NCBI GenBank assembly: GCA_001600815.1
Contig: BCKZ01000038.1
Location: 1 to 49,140, forward strand
Reading direction: 5' to 3'
Length of the DNA stretch: 49,140 bases
Source of the DNA: Alloascoidea hylecoeti
Lineage: Eukaryota
Part shown: in pieces, positions 24,001 through 37,109 of the stretch
How the letters are laid out: each line of letters opens with the position of its first letter
How positions within the stretch are numbered: the stretch's first letter is position 1
Notes under the pieces: model-generated
Told to the model about the DNA's origin: nothing
What the model saw: only the letters and a program-made list of their open reading frames with translations
Database searches by the model: none
Translations under genes and position numbers: made by a program

Positions 24001-24383
24001 TTTTACGCTTATAGTTATAGATGTTGACAAATTGTTTGAAAAAAATCCATCGCATGTGTTACCCTGATCCGATGTTAAGGGTTGGGTGTACCAAAATACA
24101 GACATTTTACTTAAATTCGGCCATAGTGATCACTAATTATCGTGAAAATCCCATAGCAAATTTTACGGGAGCCGACGTAGTTTATTGCTCGAAATTAAGT
24201 GAAATAGCTATATTTTGAAATACAGCTGGAAACATTACACTTTTCATATAAATTATGTATAATTAAAAGTTATATACTTGTAAAAAGAATTTATGAACAT
24301 CTGCCAAACTAAATACAACAATAAGAGCAGTCATATATTCATAAAAACCCACTAAAAAAATTATCTCATGATCAAATGATCAA

Positions 24384-25247
24384 TTAATTTTTAAAGAATT
24401 TATTCATGTTATCTAACCATGAAATATATTCTTTATTTTCAGCATAGAAAGAATATTCAAAAACAAATTCACCTAATCTACCATCAATATCTCTTGCAGA
24501 TAAATAATCTTCAAAACTTTCTTGTAATTGAGGATCTAAATTAGAATAAGTCGGACCTTTATATAAAGTAGCACGTTTATAAACAGCTTCAGGAGTTTCT
24601 TGTAAAGCTAATTTAATATCATCATATGGAACAATACTATCAAGGAAGAAAATAGATTTGTCAGCACCAAGACTTGCAGAAAGTGAAATAGCTCTATTGA
24701 TTGCTGGTTTTTCAATAGTGATTGAGATTTGAACAAATTCATCATTTAAATCATCTGGAATTTCATCATTTTCATGAGGTTCTTCATTAAGATTTATTTC
24801 AGCATCATCTTCAGCTAAATCTGAAATTTCTTGATTTTCTAAAACTTGAGAAACATCAAAAAATACATGAATAATTTCATCACCAGATTTCTTAACTAAT
24901 TCAACTTGTGATTGACCAGGTTTTTTGTTAACTTCAAAACCAGATGATTCTAAAAATTTAGTTACTTCGACTGGAGGAGTATCAATACCATCAGATTCTA
25001 CTGTTTCTTCTTCATATTCTCTTTGTAAAGTTTTTTGTAGAACTCTTTTAGCAGAATCAGCATCTTTAACAACAGAAGAAACGGAGAAGAATCTTGGTGC
25101 AATAGTAGTAGCACTTCTTAAAATGGCGGATCTAGAAGCAATTAAGGAAGTTGATCTTAGTAAGCCAGATCTTGATATGTTTGATAAAACACGATAAGAA
25201 GATGAATTGGAACGTGAGATTCCACGGATGGAGTTGAGAAAAGACAT
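24384..25247 (-). CDS. MAM33: Mam33/p32-family mitochondrial acidic matrix protein, 287 aa
   Basis: Ser/Arg-rich presequence, IHVFFDV, and YKGPTYSNLDPQLQESFEDYL..R.ID..L..F..EYS..AENKEYISWL. Confidence 0.92.
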   Translation of the reverse strand: MSFLNSIRGISRSNSSSYRVLSNISRSGLLRSTSLIASRSAILRSATTIAPRFFSVSSVVKDADSAKRVLQKTLQREYEEETVESDGIDTPPVEVTKFLESSGFEVNKKPGQSQVELVKKSGDEIIHVFFDVSQVLENQEISDLAEDDAEINLNEEPHENDEIPDDLNDEFVQISITIEKPAINRAISLSASLGADKSIFFLDSIVPYDDIKLALQETPEAVYKRATLYKGPTYSNLDPQLQESFEDYLSARDIDGRLGEFVFEYSFYAENKEYISWLDNMNKFFKN

Positions 25248-25527
25248 TTTTAGTTTTAGAATGAAAAGGAAGGAAGATGAAAATTTTAGCTACAAAATTA
25301 TACACTTCACCTATTATGTAATATATTACTAATACAAGTTACATTTAAAGGTCTGTAATATTTATTTGCTGGGTCTAGAAATCATCTTCTCACTTCCATC
25401 TGAATCACCCATTTGATGTTCTTTGTTTGATTAAAAAACTATATTGTTTTAATAAAAGTTTTGATAATCGTGTGGAGATGTTTTTTAAAACTCCATTGAG
25501 AGCCAAAACCTAACATTCGAATAGGGA

Positions 25528-25535
25528 TTACCCGG
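25528..25535 (+). promoter_or_regulatory. Reb1-type site in the divergent MAM33/SEN1 promoter
   Basis: TTACCCGG. Confidence 0.55.
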
Positions 25536-25701
25536 AGACCAAAGTATGCGACACGAAAAAAATTGGAAACAAGTAACACAAGCATCGACTAAAAGATAAA
25601 ATCGGTATTAACATTTTCTGCAACTACAGATATCCATACAAAACCGCTAATATACAGAAAAGTAATATTTCCAATATTTCATATAAATAAATGTCTTCTA
25701 G

Positions 25702-28700
25702 ATGAGCAGTGATCCAAAACAATTAAAGCTGGAACAGCGATCACAATTAATACAACAGATAGAACTTAGTCATAAGAATCCTGATGATGATTCTTTACAA
25801 GAAACTGCATTACAATCATGTTTACAATTTTTGGCTGCTCTACCGAAAGGTACCCATTTCTTTTGTAATGATGAAGTACGGCCGATTGCCTTGCATACCT
25901 TATTGTTATTTTCTTATGAAGTTAGTGAAACATTAGAATGGTTAAAAGCTGTTTTAAATAAAGAATTATCTGAATGTTATAAATGTATACGACCGTTTCA
26001 TATTGGAAGAGTTGAATTATTTGATCTTTGTGTTTCAACTAGAGGTGTTGATCCTGGACAAGTATCACAATTTTCTTCAATAATTAGAGATTGGGAACTT
26101 GAAAGAATTTTGAAATATTTATCATTGGCCGATACAACTGATGCTACAAAACCTTTAAATATGAATGTATTACCACCTCCAACAACTTTAGCGTTATACG
26201 AATGTCTTTGCTATCCAGATCTAATACGAAAAAATTCTACTGTTAGAGTTAAGTTTGATGAAATTTTTGATGGATTACAACGAAATAATACCTTTTTAAA
26301 ATTAGGTGAAGGATTAATACCAGCAATTATTTACTTTTTATTAGGAAATTCCCAAGAAGTTTCAGAACAATCAAGAAAATGGGCATTAATATCATTACAT
26401 AATATTAAAAATAAATTATCACCAAACGATTTTGATATTGGATTATTGAATGAATTTCAAATTCAATTAACTCAAAAAAGAATTGGTTTTATTGCAAAAA
26501 GAGATTTTTGGCTTAATATTAATTTATTATTATCAATTGTTACATCAGAAACTATAATTGAAAAATTATGTAAACCTGTTTCTTTACCAACTCAAAAATT
26601 TTCAAAAGATTTATTAACTATATTATATGAAGATTTATTATTGACTTCAATATCCGAAGCTACACCTGCTGCATTAAGAGTATTAAAACAATTAGGTGAT
26701 ATTTATGGTAAAAATTTATGGGAACAAATTCCACAATTAACACCAATGGGTTTATTATCTCATTTTGTAAATCAAGAAAATAATCAAAATTTTACTTTAT
26801 TATTACAAACATTGTCAACATATAGTGTTGCAAAAGAGCATGCAGAAGTTGAAAAAGATTTAAAAAAAACATCTGGTGCAACTAAATATTTATCTGTTGA
26901 ACAGGTTGCTGTTAATGGTGGTGATATTACACAATGGATAATACCTTTGATAACAAGTTATGAAGATTACATTATTGAAAAAGATAAAAATAATTCTACA
27001 GAAAATAAGAATGATGATAAAGTTGAACCAAATAATATTCCTATAACTAATTCAAAAGATCAAGAAACATTTAAGAATTTATTTAAACTTTTAACAGAAG
27101 CAACAAATATTCCTGAAGAATCAAATAATGAATTATTAAAATCATTATTTATAATTTTTAATCCATATGTTAATTTTTTTAATAAATCAATTGGTGAAAC
27201 TTTTAAAAAATTAAGAACTTCTAAATTTTGGGCAAGGCAAATAGTTGAAGATTATCATAAATTAATAATTGATAATGCAATTGATCAAAATAATGAATCA
27301 ATTAAACATGAAGCTATTGAAATAATAAAATTTGTTATTGATCAAGATGTTAAAAATATGTCAAATGATAGTCATAGATTAACAAGAAGAAAAATTGGTT
27401 ATGATAAATTATTACCACAATTTTTTAGATATTTAAAAAGAAAATCAATTAGAAATGATGTTGAATTTGGAAAATGTTTTTTCAGTTCATTAACTTTTAT
27501 ATCTGGTATTAATGAAGTTACAGAACCTTCAATACCAATTAGAGATAATAATGGTGAGGTGTTAGAAAATCAAAATGAATGGAAAGAATTCAATAAAATG
27601 ATTGATGAAATAATTCAACCAATTCAAACAATTTTATTAAGAATTGGTGATTTTGATTCAAATTCTTTACAGTTAATATTTAATGATGAAAATTCATTAC
27701 AAGGTTTTTTCACATGTATGGTTTCAAGTCCAAATTCAATAAGTCAAGCAGTAACTGATATGATTTATGAAACTTTTGATGTTGAAGGAAGATTAGAAGG
27801 TTTAAAAGAATTAACAAGTAAAAATATTGAATTATCAATTTCAGCATTTACAAAAATGATTAAAAATACAGCTGCATTTAAAATGTTTGGTCCATGTCCT
27901 AAATTAATTAGAGTTCAAATGGATATGATTAATACATTATTTGATCCAAGATCTGGTATATTACAAGTTAATTCATTAAAAACATCAATTGAAAAATTAA
28001 AACTTAGGAAGTATTGGAGAAGAAGTTGGACTTTATTAAATATGATTTATATGGAAATTTTTACTTGGACTACCTATTATTCACATTCATCACTTGTTGA
28101 TTTTACTAGAGATACTTTAGATTTTAGTAATACTTTGATTGGATCACTAAAATTAATATTAGAATGTCTTAAAACTCAATCAAATTCACAAAATGAATCA
28201 CAATCATTAGATGATGCCGTAGATCAAATTAATACTCCAGAAAGTCTATTGTCAGATATTTTGGAAGTTTTCACCGCAACAGCATTATGGTTACGTTTAG
28301 GAGATGAATCTTTGTTACGATCTTGTGTTCAAATGATAATAACTACTTTGGATTTGGCAGATGAATATAAACTTGAATTAAGTGTTAAAATATTAACGGT
28401 GTTAGCTCAATATGCTCTTAGATGTAAAGGTTATAGAAACAAATTAACGGATCAACAATGTTCAGAGATAATTACAAGAGTTCGTCATTTTAACGAACCA
28501 GTCGTTGAAAAGATTAAAGCCACATCAGTTGAAAGCACTCCTACTACAAAGATCACTTCTAAGAGCCCGACAACTCAAAATATTGATGACGATATTATAG
28601 TAATTAATCCGCCTTCTTCATCTTCAACATTGAAATATCCAAAACCTGTGTCATCATCATCAACATCATCAACATCATCAACATCATCAACATCATCAAC

Positions 28701-31700
28701 ATCATCAACATCATTATCCTCATCGTCTTATCAATATAAAACTCAAAAGGAAAGGTTCCCAACTCAGAGTTCTATATCTCAGTTTGTTTCAAAAACCCAC
28801 AAAGCCCCTACTAACATTGTTCCCGATAAATATCTCTATAGAAGAACTATTGAAGATGATGGTCCTGATATGGGTGCAACTTCATCATTGATTTCTTCAA
28901 TGAGACAAGAACTTGCAATGAAAAGAAAAGCTCAATTAAATATGACAGCAAGATATGCATCGATGGGTAAAAATAACGGCACCAAGAAGCCTCTTATTGT
29001 TAATCCTGCAAGGCCTGGTGGCTTTGTTGATAGAGAATCAGCAAAGAAAACGAATTTAGGAAAACATCAACATTCAGATGATAGTTCCTCTGATGATTCT
29101 GATGAAGAAGATATTGATGCTCTATTCAACTTTTCAAAACCTAAGCCTAAGGTGAGGATAATAGATGGTGGTTCTGTGGTTACTTCTAATAAGGAATTAC
29201 GCCAAAGAATATCAGAAAAGGAGTTGGAAGAACGGAACATGAGAGCTCGTTTAAATATTAATATGAATCCATTATATGCTTCATTATTATCTTGGGATTA
29301 TTTGAAAAAGGGTAATTTTCCAACAAATAACAATCAGAAATATCAAAAAGTTTCTGATTCTTTTAGTACTTGTTCAGAATATCAAAAAGTATTTGAACCT
29401 TTATTATTATTAGAATGTTGGCAATCGATTATTCAATCAAAAGAATTGACTATTAATAACGATAAACCATTTAAAGTAATCACAGGTAACAGAACATCTT
29501 GTGATAATTTCTTCGATGTTTATTGTTCCGTTGAATCCAAAGTACCCCGAGAAGGTAGAATTAATGATTCTGATTTAATGGTTTTAGCGTTATTGAATGA
29601 TAGTACTGAGATGCAGGGTCCAAATGGTGGAACTAAAATCAATTCAAATACATTTCCAAGAGATGGTTCTAGTTTGAGACAAAAAATAAAATTTTGTTGT
29701 TTAGGGAAAGTTAGAGAGGTTAAATCTTCAAATTCAGAATTTTCAGATTTAATTGTAAGAGTTGCTTGTAGATCAGATATGGTTTATCATTTAGCACCTC
29801 AGACAGAATTAGCTGGTATGAGGCTTATGAAGTATGTTTTTTCCATTGCTTACTCTATAAAAGAGAAATTTACTAACTTTGTTTTTAGCTTGACTACCAT
29901 TGAGAGGGAGTATACTTCTGTTAAAGGGTTACAGTACTATGGCCTAAATCAGCAAATTCTTGAAGGAACACCAAATATTCCTCTACTAGCATCTGAATTT
30001 GATCTTAAAGAAATTCGGGATACCTATGATGTAAATAAATCACAGGCTGCAGCTATTTTAGGATCATCTAGAGCTAATGGATTTTCCTTAATTCAAGGGT
30101 ATGTATCCTTAAAGTGTCTGACTTTGATATCTCTTCTTTTTAACATTAATTTAGTCCTCCTGGTACTGGTAAAACAAAGACAATTTTGGGAATCATTGGG
30201 CATATACTTTCGCATCCTAATATTCCTGCTGCTGCGATACCAATTCCAGGGTCTAAACATCAAGCACCTGTTAAGGCTCCTCAACCAGAAAAACAACAAA
30301 TTTTATTATGTGCTCCGAGTAACGCAGCTGTAGATGAATTAGTATTACGATTGAGAAATGGAATTAAAGACTCAAACGGAGATTTGCGTAAACCGAAGGT
30401 TATTCGACTTGGAAGAGGAGAAGCAATCAATGCAAGCGTGAGGGACTTGACATTAGAAGAATTGGTCGAAAGAGAATTGAATAAAGAGGGAAAAGAGAAA
30501 CTAGAGGTTGATAAATCAAACCGAGAGAATCATACTAAGGTACTAGCAGAGCGTAATGAGGTTCGGAAGAAACTTCAAGATCCAAATTTAACTGGGGAAG
30601 AAATAGCAAATCTTCAAACTGAATTACGTGAAATTAGTAAAAGAAAAAATGAACTTGGTCGACAATTGGATGCACAACGTGAAAGGATAGCTGTTACGTT
30701 CAGAAATCGCGAAATTAATAGACGAAATATTCAATCCAGTTTACTAGCTGGATCTGAAATTATTTGCTCAACATTATCAGGTTCAGCACATTCTGTTTTA
30801 TCTAATCTTGGTATTAAATTTGAGACCGTCATTATTGACGAAGCCGCTCAATGTATTGAGTTATCTGCTATTATACCTTTGAGATATGGCTGCAAAAAAT
30901 GTATCATGGTCGGTGATCCAAATCAACTTCCCCCTACTGTTTTATCCCAAGCTGCAGCATCTTACTCATATGAGCAAAGTCTGTTTGTTCGAATGCAACA
31001 GAATCATCCGAATTCGGTCTACTTACTGAACACTCAGTATAGAATGCACCCAATGATTTCAAGCTTCCCAAGTAAAGAATTTTATCATTCACAACTTATT
31101 GATGGTCCAAACATGGCCAAAATCACTGAGAAGAAATGGCATAAACTCCCACATCTAGGTCCTTATAGGTTCTTTGACGTTGTGAGTAAGCACCAACAAT
31201 CAACTAAGTCAAAATCACTATTCAACACTGCAGAATCTGAATTAGCGCTGAAAATTGTGGAGAGAGTAATCCGCACGTATCCCGACGATAATTGGGTAGG
31301 TAAAATAGGTATTATTTCACCATATAAAGAGCAAATAAGAAGTTTAAAAAATCTTTTTAAGAGGAAATATAATGAGGCGATTTTGAATGAGATCGATTTT
31401 AATACAGTTGATGGATTTCAAGGACAGGAAAAAGAGATTATCATCTTATCATGTGTCCGTGCTAATGATGGTGAAGGATCAGTTGGTTTCTTGAGCGATG
31501 TCAGAAGAATGAATGTGGGCTTAACAAGAGCTAGAAGCTCACTTTGGATTTTAGGTAGCTCTGTTAGTTTGAAAAACAATCGTGTCTGGAATAGATTAAT
31601 TGAAGATACCATGGATCGAGGACTTTATACCAAAGCTACAAGTGGATTTCTGGATAGACCTCCTGTTATTATTGCTCCTACGAAAGCGAATAATCGAAAC

Positions 31701-33047
31701 AGTAATATAGAATCAACTACGAAAGATCAGAGTTACAACCCAAGTTCCACCCACGGCACTTCACTAAAAGAATTAAAAACTTCCGATCTAACACAACCAA
31801 TCACTAAACCGGTTATTGCCTCTAGTAATCTTGAGTCAAAATCTCAACCCCCCTTGGAGGAGCCTTCTTCACTTCCAGTGAAGGCCAATAATGATTCGTC
31901 AAAAGATCCGGTTATTCCAAAATTTCACATTAAGGACTTCAATTCATTAGCAAGGCCCAAAATAAAAAAGGCTGTACCGCCAACAATTAACAATCCTGTA
32001 TATGATAATAAATACCATAAACATCCTGGCGGAATAAATAAACCGAAACCTAATACTAAAAATCTAATATTTGATATAAACAAAAGTCGGGCGGTAGATA
32101 ATCAGAAGGGGGAAGGTAAATTAAAAAGACCAACATCATACCGACCACCTACTTCAAATTCTAATTCTATTCCAACAGGTCCAAGGAATATGAGTTTCAA
32201 TTCTTACATGGCCAATAATAAAAACAAGGGCGCCAATGATAATAGACATCTGAATATTAATAGAAAGGTTGACTTTCACCAACAAAGCGGATCCAAAACT
32301 TACAACAATGAGTCAAAAATTAGCACAAAGCCACAATCATCCACGGGCAACCTTAATAACGATATTGGTAATGACAATAAGAATAATAATCGTATTCAAA
32401 ATCAGAACCACAATAATGTTAATAATGCTGCTAACAACAATAATAAGAAGAAGAAGAACAACTATAATCCTAATAATAATGCTGCTAACAACAATAATAA
32501 TAATAAGAATAATAATAATAATAATGCTAATGCTAATAACAATGATAGCAATATGAATAACAACAATAATGCTAATGCCAATAATTCTAATAACAATTAT
32601 GTCAACAGGAGGAACAATAATAATAGCAATAAGAAGAAGAACAACAACGATAGTAGTAATCATTATTACCGTAATAACAGTTACGATGACTATTACACTA
32701 GTTATGATGGCTATTACACTAGTAACGATGACTACTCTGAGAACAAGTATCAACGTAATACACATATGGATTCCTATCGTTCTAATCCACTGGGACCAAG
32801 AAGAAGCAATGGCAGAAAACGAAATAACCAGAATAGAAGCAATCGAAAACAGGATAATAGAAATAATGTTCAAAATCGCGAGAATTCCTACAACCAAGAC
32901 AATAATTACAATGGCTACAATGATAGAGATAACCGGAACTATACTGTTACTCGTGATAACAGCAATCAAAGAGATAACGGTAATTATAAGCCATCTTACA
33001 ACCAAAATAGTAACTCAGCCCCAAAAATTAACCATTTACATGAGTAA
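25702..33047 (+). CDS. SEN1: Sen1/senataxin SF1 helicase (~2410 aa); exons 25702-29831, 29889-30098, 30155-33047
   Basis: N-terminal LPKGTHFFC...C.KC; FEPLLLLECWQ and TTIEREY; spliced Walker A QGPPGTGKT; CAPSNAAVDE, IIDEAAQ, GDPNQLPPT, QYRMHP, TVDGFQGQEK and RRMNVGLTRAR. Introns 29832-29888 and 30099-30154 (both GTATGT..TAG). Confidence 0.95.
28651..28713 (+). repeat. 9-bp coding repeat (TCAACATCA)n encoding Ser-Thr-Ser in the Sen1 linker
   Basis: SSSSTSSTSSTSSTSSTSSTS. Confidence 0.85.
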
Positions 33048-34739
33048 TTTAATTATATATAAATCATGATAATTTTTTATAACACCAAATAAATATCAAA
33101 CATTTGCATTTCTATTTTCATAGATATCATAAAAATAGTTTTTCAAACGATCAATTCCGACATTTAAATGAGTGAAATTAAAAGTCAAGATGATCAATAC
33201 CCAGGAAATAGTGTATAGTACGCTAGTACTGTATATACCATTATAAATATAGCGATAACGACTCTTACAACACCTTTTGTACGATTGATATTAGTTTTTA
33301 GATCTCTTCACAACATAAAACGTTATTTCAGTCATTTCACCTAATTCCGGCCACGTCTGTAAACTAAATGTTCGTCCGGTGATATCGTATATTTCAGCCG
33401 TGTGATACACTTAATGTTCGCCCTGTTGGTGCTACTCTTCCATGTTATGCACTTGCTAGAGAACCTGAACTAAATATTCGTGTCCGTTCTTCAAACTGAA
33501 TAATTGGCCACATGATGCATTGATTATGAGCCAACTGAGACTCCAAGTAAACGACCAGTTGCTCACTATTGTTCTGCCTTGTAGATAAAAAATGTTAGCC
33601 ATATCTCAATATATTGCCAAACTCTTAAAACTCGCGGCCACAGACAATACCGTGTCTTATTTTTGCGCCGCTTCCATAATCTTTTATGAAAGTGAACTAT
33701 TACATGTATGTAGATATGCATGATTCGATGTTTTTTTATGATTATTTTTGTTTTATATTACAGTGTTTTATTATTGCATTCTGTTGGAGATGCCCAATTA
33801 AGTAGTATAATTCAACATATTCAACTACTATTCATACAACAATACATTCGTATAAGGACACAAATACGAAACAGGTTAAAACACCAAATTTTTGTCTTTC
33901 CTTGAGCTCAAAGTTTTCTTCAATATTTGATTTCAAGCCTAACTATTTCATTATAGATTGCAGAAGGACTATGTGAACAGAAACTGGTTTTAACTGAATG
34001 CCATTATTTTCTCGATTATTCAATATTAAATATAGGAAATTCAATGGAAAAAGAGATACAATTGAAAATTTCGGAAGGGTATCCATTAGAATATAAAATA
34101 GCCAAGTGAAATAAATAAGATTACAAACTTAACAACAATAGGATGTTATACAATTGCATTTCGAGACTTAGGTCACAGACGATTAAATATGAAGGGAAGG
34201 TGCAAATATTGAGATATCAATCTGTCGATTATCCAATATACAACTAAAGACTGGTATCTGCTTAGAAATTTTTTGGAAATTCAAATATCCAGTTATAACA
34301 AATGGAGATTACTTTTATGTAACTTCAGACACTCAGTTAACTTGTTTTGATTTGGATTTGGATGTAAACGCGAGAATCAGAGTACACACAAACAACTAAG
34401 ATTTCTGTTGCAATCGATAATACTTTTATTTTTATATCATAATACACAACTTTTTGTATTGAATAAATCCAATGGAACTAGATTAGGATATCTAAATTTG
34501 CAATCAATTTTAACTTCCTCTGATGAACATAAGAGTATTGAAATAGCTGTTAATGGATCACATATCTTTATTTTATACATTAACTAATATCGCATTATAC
34601 AGTACTTTGCGTATATGAATAACGTTTTACACCAATTTTTCACATCAATTTAAAGGTGTATGGATGTTCCTTTGAACCAAAAAATTGCAAAAGAAGACTA
34701 CAATTAAATTTAAAAATCAGGACTAATTCTATACTGAAA

Positions 34740-36583
34740 ATGTCCCAATCAACAGCTCCTATATTATCAACGACTCAAGAAGATGAGGAGTTTAAGTATG
34801 ACAGAGTTCAAATTCAAAAAACCGAATATGAAAAATTCTTACACCTCGGATCAAAAGAAGATATAGAATCATTATTATCAGAGCAAAATAAAGAAGAGTT
34901 AAATTTACGGTTAGATTTATTCTATTCATTAGATCTCTTAATTGGTTATCTGAATAAAACTAAGTACCTGAGAATTGCTTTACAGTTTCCAGATTCGCTT
35001 GTTGGGGACTCTGTTTATGTGTCTGATGCTATAACTGCTGGTTTAAAGGATGTTATTAAAGACGAAACTCATCATGGTCATGGCGAAACCCCAAATCATA
35101 CTTGTAAGAAATCAACGGGAGGTGAATGCTCTGGAGACTGTAAAAGACTGAAAAAAGAAGATAGAAAACGAAGAGTTTTTATTTTAGCAGATACGTCTTA
35201 TGGGATGTGTTGTGTTGATGAAGTTTCAGCTGAACATGTTAGGTCTGATGTTCTGGTCCACTTTGGTGATTCTTGTTTAAATTCGTATGTATTCTTTACT
35301 TTTTTTTTCTCATACTTTTATTTATTCTAACTTTGACTAATAATAGAAATGAAAAACTCCCGGTTATTTACGATTTTGGTTGTCCGTATCTAAATACAGA
35401 AGGTGTGCTAAGAGCATTCAAAAAAAAATATCCTGATAAGGAGAAAAAGATAGTAATAATGTCAGACACTTCTTATAACTATCACTTGCAAAACATTTAC
35501 AATAGTTTAATAGATGAATATCCCAATTTATTGTTCTCAGACATAAACATATCTTCAGACAACAAAGCCATCATAATAAGTCCCAATGAAAATAAAAATG
35601 GTACGATACCAATAACGAGAAAAATGAAAAAATGTTTTAAAATTGATGGTAGAAAAATATCTGGTGCTTCAGTTATAAATGATATTGATACTGAAGATCA
35701 AGAAATCTTAAAAGAATATAGCCTTTTCCATATCACGCTGCCTAGTGCTTCTAGGCTCCTTTACTTATCTACGATTTTTGAATCCATCTCTATTTTGAAC
35801 CCACTGGACGGTAACTCTATATCTGATGGTCCTTTTCCATCATTAATGCGACGATATCGTTATATGCATATCGCTCGTACAGCTGGTACAATTGGAATAC
35901 TAGTAAATACACTTTCTGTTAAGAACACTCGAGTTTTATTAAACACTGTTATTAAATGGATTAAAGATTCGGGAAAAAAGCATTACATATTTGCAGTTGG
36001 AAAACCAAATGTGGCAAAACTTGCAAATTTTGATGTTGTTGATTGTTGGTGCATTTTAGGGTGTGGAAATAGTGGAATTATAATTGATGAAAATAATGAA
36101 TATTATAAACCCATCATTACCCCTTATGAGTTAAAGATGGCTTTGAAGAATGAGGTTATATGGAGCGGTAAATGGGTTACTGATTTTGATACCATTATGG
36201 ATAGACAGCCTGAAATTGATAAAGAGGAGGAAACTGTTAAAGAAGATTATATCGACGATGATGCACCTGAGTTTGATTCAGTTACCGGTAAATATATATT
36301 TAACAGTCGTCCATTACGAAGAATAAGACACTTAAATATTACAGAGGAAGAAGAAATAAATAAAAAGGATGATGAAAATTCAAATGCTCTTGTTAAGAAA
36401 TTTTCGTCAAATCTTGTTCTGAAAAATACAGTTTCTACTTCTGCTCTACACTTTCAAGAAAAGCTCACTTGGACTGGGCTCGGTAGTGATTTTACCAATA
36501 AAAGTGGTGAACCAGGCGCTTTAGTCGAACAAGGAATTAATGGAATTGCAAGGGGTTACTCTTACACTGGTGGAAAATGTTAG
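34740..36583 (+). CDS. DPH2: diphthamide biosynthesis protein Dph2 (~593 aa); exons 34740-35284 and 35347-36583
   Basis: [43 protein letters not shown]|..[42 protein letters not shown] and GIARGY. Intron 35285-35346 (GTATGT..CTAAC/GACTAAT..TAG). Confidence 0.95.
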
Positions 36584-37109
36584 TTAAAACTATTTGGAAT
36601 TTCTTAATACTTTCCATCTATTTGTATATATAGTCTATAGGATATAGAAAGAATAACATTATACCAAATGCTGCAAATTCATAGTTATAAATGATGTTAT
36701 AGTTACCATTCCACCATGTGATATGACCACAATACAATATCAACAAAGAAAAATTCGGATACCGTTACCATGATCAGAAATTTAGCTATAGGTTGTATTT
36801 ATATGGCTTAACTCAGAGTCCAATTATATATATGGTAAGAATTTTTTTGGCATAGGTCCCAAATCCTTTGTGGCTCATTTTTTTTTTTTTTTTAACTTTT
36901 CATATATTTTCCAATTAAATTATATAACTAGAAACTATGTAAATTCTGAGGAAATCTCTACTATTTTTTGTTATGATGTAGCATATGAGTAACATATCCC
37001 AAGCTGAGCAAATGTATCCATTATGTCCCCTCAGTGTGTTCCTTATGCGCATCATTGTGGTTATTGTCTAGCTTCATGAGTCGAATTTATGACCAATCAT
37101 CCATCCCTA

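Noticed and set aside
21087..25247. Functional cluster of a Cyb2-like gene with MAM33 (Mam33 was described as binding the Cyb2 sorting signal)
   Set aside because: This flavocytochrome lacks the sorting signal; adjacency is probably coincidental.
30093..30333. Apparent programmed frameshift between the two SEN1 ORFs (a similar overlap occurs in DPH2)
   Set aside because: Fully explained by short GTATGT...TAG introns that restore conserved motifs.
32269..33069. Long Ile/Thr/Val-rich overlapping and antisense ORFs
   Set aside because: Shadows of the AAT/AAC repeats encoding the Sen1 Asn-rich tail.
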